A stretch of 64,000 bases of DNA, from assembly GCA_965277405.1 (NCBI GenBank), contig OZ255726.1, positions 1,440,001 through 1,504,000 on the forward strand, written 5' to 3'. The DNA comes from Gammaproteobacteria bacterium. GTDB taxonomy: Bacteria; Pseudomonadota; Gammaproteobacteria; G965277405. Shown in pieces: positions 60,906 through 64,000 of the stretch. The first letter of the stretch is position 1. Each line of letters opens with the position of its first letter. The notes beneath the pieces were generated by a model that was not told where the DNA came from, did no database searches, and saw only the letters and a program-made list of their open reading frames with translations. Made by a program: the position numbers and the translations under genes.

Positions 60906-61178
60906 TTAATTCCATGATGGGCGAGACGGAGAAAAAACGCTGATGATAACTAGACGCAGTGCGCAGATAATACTGGTGGTATTATTAAGTGCTGCAACGA
61001 CGTTAGCGCAGCGTTTTTTCCCGTCCTTCTGTTGAATATACTTTGGGTTTGCTGCAGTGGTACTTGCTGTGTTGCATCCCTTGGCGTATAAGCTTGGCAT
61101 GCGCTTAGCGGAATGCGCCTTGCAATCATCAGCAATGGCAGGCAAACTCGCTCCATCAGCGAGTTAATCAGAGGTTCC
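60895..61178. mobile_element. MITE copy 7 (284 bp) inside the TRAP operon
   Basis: GGAACCTCTGATTAA...TTAATCAGAGGTTCC followed by TTAG. Confidence 0.9.
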
Positions 61179-61192
61179 TTAGGAGAAATCTA

Positions 61193-62500
61193 ATGGATAT
61201 GATGTGGATTTCCATCCTGTTGGCGGTTGCCATGTTAGCCCTATTATCGATGGGGGTTTGGGTATCATTTACCCTGATTATCATCGGTGGTTTGGGGCTA
61301 ATTCTTTCAGAAAATTATCAGGTTTATTTACTTTTTGCTACCTCAAGTTGGGGGGCGAGCACCGCTTGGTCACTCACCGCTTTACCTCTATTTATTTGGA
61401 TGGGAGAAGTGTTATTTCGCACCCGTCTTTCTGAAGATTTGTTCAAGGGATTAGCCCCTTGGTTAGACGGTGTTCCTGGTAAATTGCTCCATGTAAATAT
61501 CTTAAGTTGCGGTATTTTTGCAGCGGTTTCTGGCTCGTCGGCCGCGACAGCGGCAACCATTGGGCGTATGACCTTACCAGAACTGCGTAGGCAGGGCTAC
61601 AGTGAGCGTATGGCGATTGGCACCTTGGCAGGGTCTGGAACTTTGGGGCTGTTGATCCCGCCTTCGATTATTTTGATCGTGTATGGCGTCGCGGCTGAAG
61701 TGTCTATTGCGCGTTTATTTATTGCTGGTGCTTTACCTGGCTTGTTGTTAATCGCCTTATTTATGGGCTTCACCATGATTTGGGGTTATTTGCATAAGAG
61801 CGAAATGCCTGCAACAATAGGGCAACAGACGAGCTGGCTAGCGCGGATGAAGGGCTTGCGCAAACTATTGCCTGTTGTTGGTTTAATTGGTTTTGTGTTG
61901 GGCTCTATTTACGGCGGTATTACCACCCCGATAGAAGCCGCTGCCATAGGGGTAAGCGGCGCTTTAGTTCTTGCCGCTGGTACTGGTTCTTTGAGCCTCC
62001 ATAGTTTTATGGAAAGCTTATTGGGAGCAGTAAAAAGTTCCTGCATGATAGGTTTTATTTTGGGTGGCGCGCATTTCTTAACCCTTGCTATGGGCTTCTT
62101 AGGTATTCCAAAAGCCTTAGCGGTATGGATTGTAGGGATGTCCCTCTCGCCAATGGAGCTGATTTTCGCGCTTAGCGTTCTTTTTATCGTACTCGGTTGT
62201 TTCTTAGATGGTATTTCTGTGGTAGTGCTGACTGTAGCGGTTATTTTACCTATGGTGCAAGCTGTCAATATTGACTTATTATGGTTTGGTATTTTGATCG
62301 TCTTGGTGGTGGAAATGGCGCAGATTACCCCTCCAGTGGGTTTTAACCTATTTGTTATTCAAGCGTTAACGGGGAAAAACATTCTATACGTGGCTAGGGC
62401 CGCTTTACCGTTTTTTTTGTTGATTGGTGTGGCCATTGTATTGATCAGTATCTTCCCTGAAATTGTCACCTACTTACCGGCAACTATGTCTAAGAATTAG
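61193..62500 (+). CDS. TRAP large permease (DctM family)
   Basis: ALPLFIWMG, FAAVSGSS.AT, GTLGLLIPPS, ITPPVG.NLFV. Confidence 0.93.
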   Translation: MDMMWISILLAVAMLALLSMGVWVSFTLIIIGGLGLILSENYQVYLLFATSSWGASTAWSLTALPLFIWMGEVLFRTRLSEDLFKGLAPWLDGVPGKLLHVNILSCGIFAAVSGSSAATAATIGRMTLPELRRQGYSERMAIGTLAGSGTLGLLIPPSIILIVYGVAAEVSIARLFIAGALPGLLLIALFMGFTMIWGYLHKSEMPATIGQQTSWLARMKGLRKLLPVVGLIGFVLGSIYGGITTPIEAAAIGVSGALVLAAGTGSLSLHSFMESLLGAVKSSCMIGFILGGAHFLTLAMGFLGIPKALAVWIVGMSLSPMELIFALSVLFIVLGCFLDGISVVVLTVAVILPMVQAVNIDLLWFGILIVLVVEMAQITPPVGFNLFVIQALTGKNILYVARAALPFFLLIGVAIVLISIFPEIVTYLPATMSKN

Positions 62501-62522
62501 TCGAGACTACAAGGAATTCAAT

Positions 62523-63281
62523 ATGAAATTGAACTGCGATATGGGCGAGGGTTTTGGTCGATGGAAGATGGGGTTGGATGAGCAAATTATGCCATTTGTC
62601 GACCAAGCCAATATCGCCTGCGGGTTTCACGCTGCCGATCCGCGCACCATGGCAACAACCGTTTGTTTGGCAAAACAGCATAATGTTACTATCGGCGCAC
62701 ATCCTGCCTACCCAGATTTGCTGGGTTTCGGACGGCGTAACATGGACATTGACCCCGCGGAATTGAAAGCTGTTATTCAATATCAAGTCGGTGCGTTAAC
62801 GGGTATATGCCAAAGTCAAGATGTGCAGGTGGGCTACGTCAAGCCCCATGGTGCTCTTTACAACCAAATGATGGCAGACTTCATGATTCTAGCAACCGTG
62901 ATGCAGGCAGTAAACGAATTAAATACGACGCTGCCCTTGATGGTGATGGCCATTCCAGAATCCCTTGAAGTAAAAAAAATGGCTAAGCAATATGGGGTTA
63001 CGCTGTGGTTCGAAGCCTTCGCCGACCGTTTGTACACAGACGACGGGCGTCTCACACCGCGCAACCAAGCCAACGCGGTGCACCCCACCTTGCAACTCAT
63101 CGAAAACCAGGTAGAACAACTGTGTGCAACAGGGACGATCACTACTTCATCTGGGAAACAACTTGCGCTTGATGCAGACACTATTTGTGTGCACGGAGAT
63201 GGTGTTCACGCTGTGGATGCCGTAACCCGTACCCGCACTCTCGTTAATCGGCTAACTACGGGTAGCGGAAATCAGCCATGA
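62523..63281 (+). CDS. pxpA: 5-oxoprolinase subunit A (LamB/YcsF)
   Basis: LNCDMGEGFG, ANIACGFHA.DP, YVKPHGALYN, TICVHGD. Confidence 0.93.
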   Translation: MKLNCDMGEGFGRWKMGLDEQIMPFVDQANIACGFHAADPRTMATTVCLAKQHNVTIGAHPAYPDLLGFGRRNMDIDPAELKAVIQYQVGALTGICQSQDVQVGYVKPHGALYNQMMADFMILATVMQAVNELNTTLPLMVMAIPESLEVKKMAKQYGVTLWFEAFADRLYTDDGRLTPRNQANAVHPTLQLIENQVEQLCATGTITTSSGKQLALDADTICVHGDGVHAVDAVTRTRTLVNRLTTGSGNQP

Positions 63282-64000
63282 TAGATGCGCATTTGCAGCA
63301 CGATTCGCTAGCCTCACCAGCAGGCATCCCCAACATCGACATGGTCAGTGACCATGCCTGCTTATTGAGTTTTAGCCAGAGCATTAGCGAGGCAACGTCT
63401 AAGCGGATTGCGCAGCTAACGCAGCATTTAAAATCAGTCGTCGGTGTGGTGGACCTAGTGCCGTCGTATACCACCTTATTAGTGGTGTTTGATGGTGACT
63501 ACTACGGCCGCATGGCTATTTGTAAAGCCATTCATCAAACTATAGCAGCAGCCAATCAAGATGATTTTGTTCTGGACAATCTACGTGAAGTAGTGCTCCC
63601 AGTGTATTATGCTCAAGAAGTCGGTTTCGACCTCGATTGTGTGGCAGAGCATTGTCAACTTGGCGTAGCCGAGGTCATTAAACTCCACAGTGAGAGAACC
63701 TATCGTGCCTACGCCATTGGTTTTACTCTGGGTTTTGCTTTTTTAGGCATTACTGCAGATGCATTACATATACCAAGAAAAGCTACTCCAAGGCTCAAAG
63801 TTCCCGCTGGTAGTGTCGCGATAGCTGAAAATCAAAGCGGGGTCTACCCGAGCGCCACCCCTGGCGGTTGGCAAATCATTGGTCGCACCCCAGTGCAATT
63901 AGTCGACTGGGATAGCGACAATATTGCGCTGATTGCCATGGGCGACTCAGTAAAATTTGAGCCGATATCTCGCGATGAATTTTTAGCATTAGGCGGGCAA
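63278..64000 (+). CDS. pxpB: 5-oxoprolinase subunit B, runs off the window
   Basis: My translation gives DLVPSYTTLL, LPVYY...GFDL, YAIGF.LGFAF, PRLKVPAGSVAIA, TPGGWQIIGRTP. Overlaps the pxpA stop (ATGA). Confidence 0.88.
   Translation, partial: MIDAHLQHDSLASPAGIPNIDMVSDHACLLSFSQSISEATSKRIAQLTQHLKSVVGVVDLVPSYTTLLVVFDGDYYGRMAICKAIHQTIAAANQDDFVLDNLREVVLPVYYAQEVGFDLDCVAEHCQLGVAEVIKLHSERTYRAYAIGFTLGFAFLGITADALHIPRKATPRLKVPAGSVAIAENQSGVYPSATPGGWQIIGRTPVQLVDWDSDNIALIAMGDSVKFEPISRDEFLALGGQ

Overview
The window comes from a gammaproteobacterial chromosome. Bases 1-39.9 kb are housekeeping genes (glnA, folB-folK, rpsP-rimM, sdhE/ygfZ, an RND pair, apbC, ubiG, lspA-ispH, ndk-rlmN-pilF-rodZ-ispG, lpoA, hisC-tyrA/aroA-cmk, trmJ-cysE, holB, fabAB, ribD). 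The most unusual region is 40.0-53.7 kb: five tandem paralogous lipoprotein genes, each with a signal peptide II, a Ser/Thr linker, FN3 domain(s) in four of the five, and RCC1-like beta-propeller repeats of about 41 aa (about 73 repeats in total). The repeat framework is nearly invariant at the DNA level, while two short windows per repeat are hypervariable and rich in Y/W/D/E/R/G. Each gene has its own copy of a leader with a putative promoter. Each internal junction of the array is a copy of a ~290-bp IS5-type MITE, and chimeric MITEs, fused genes and shared repeat cassettes point to recombinational diversification. The same MITE occurs at housekeeping gene ends, where it often supplies the stop codon. 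A degenerate IS481 then joins the array to an AT-rich, Bacteroidota-like segment (SWIM-SNF2 helicase plus a dead E2 lipoyl fragment) and an IS5 transposase remnant. A TRAP-pxpAB cluster ends the window. All homology calls are by motif recognition, with no database searches.
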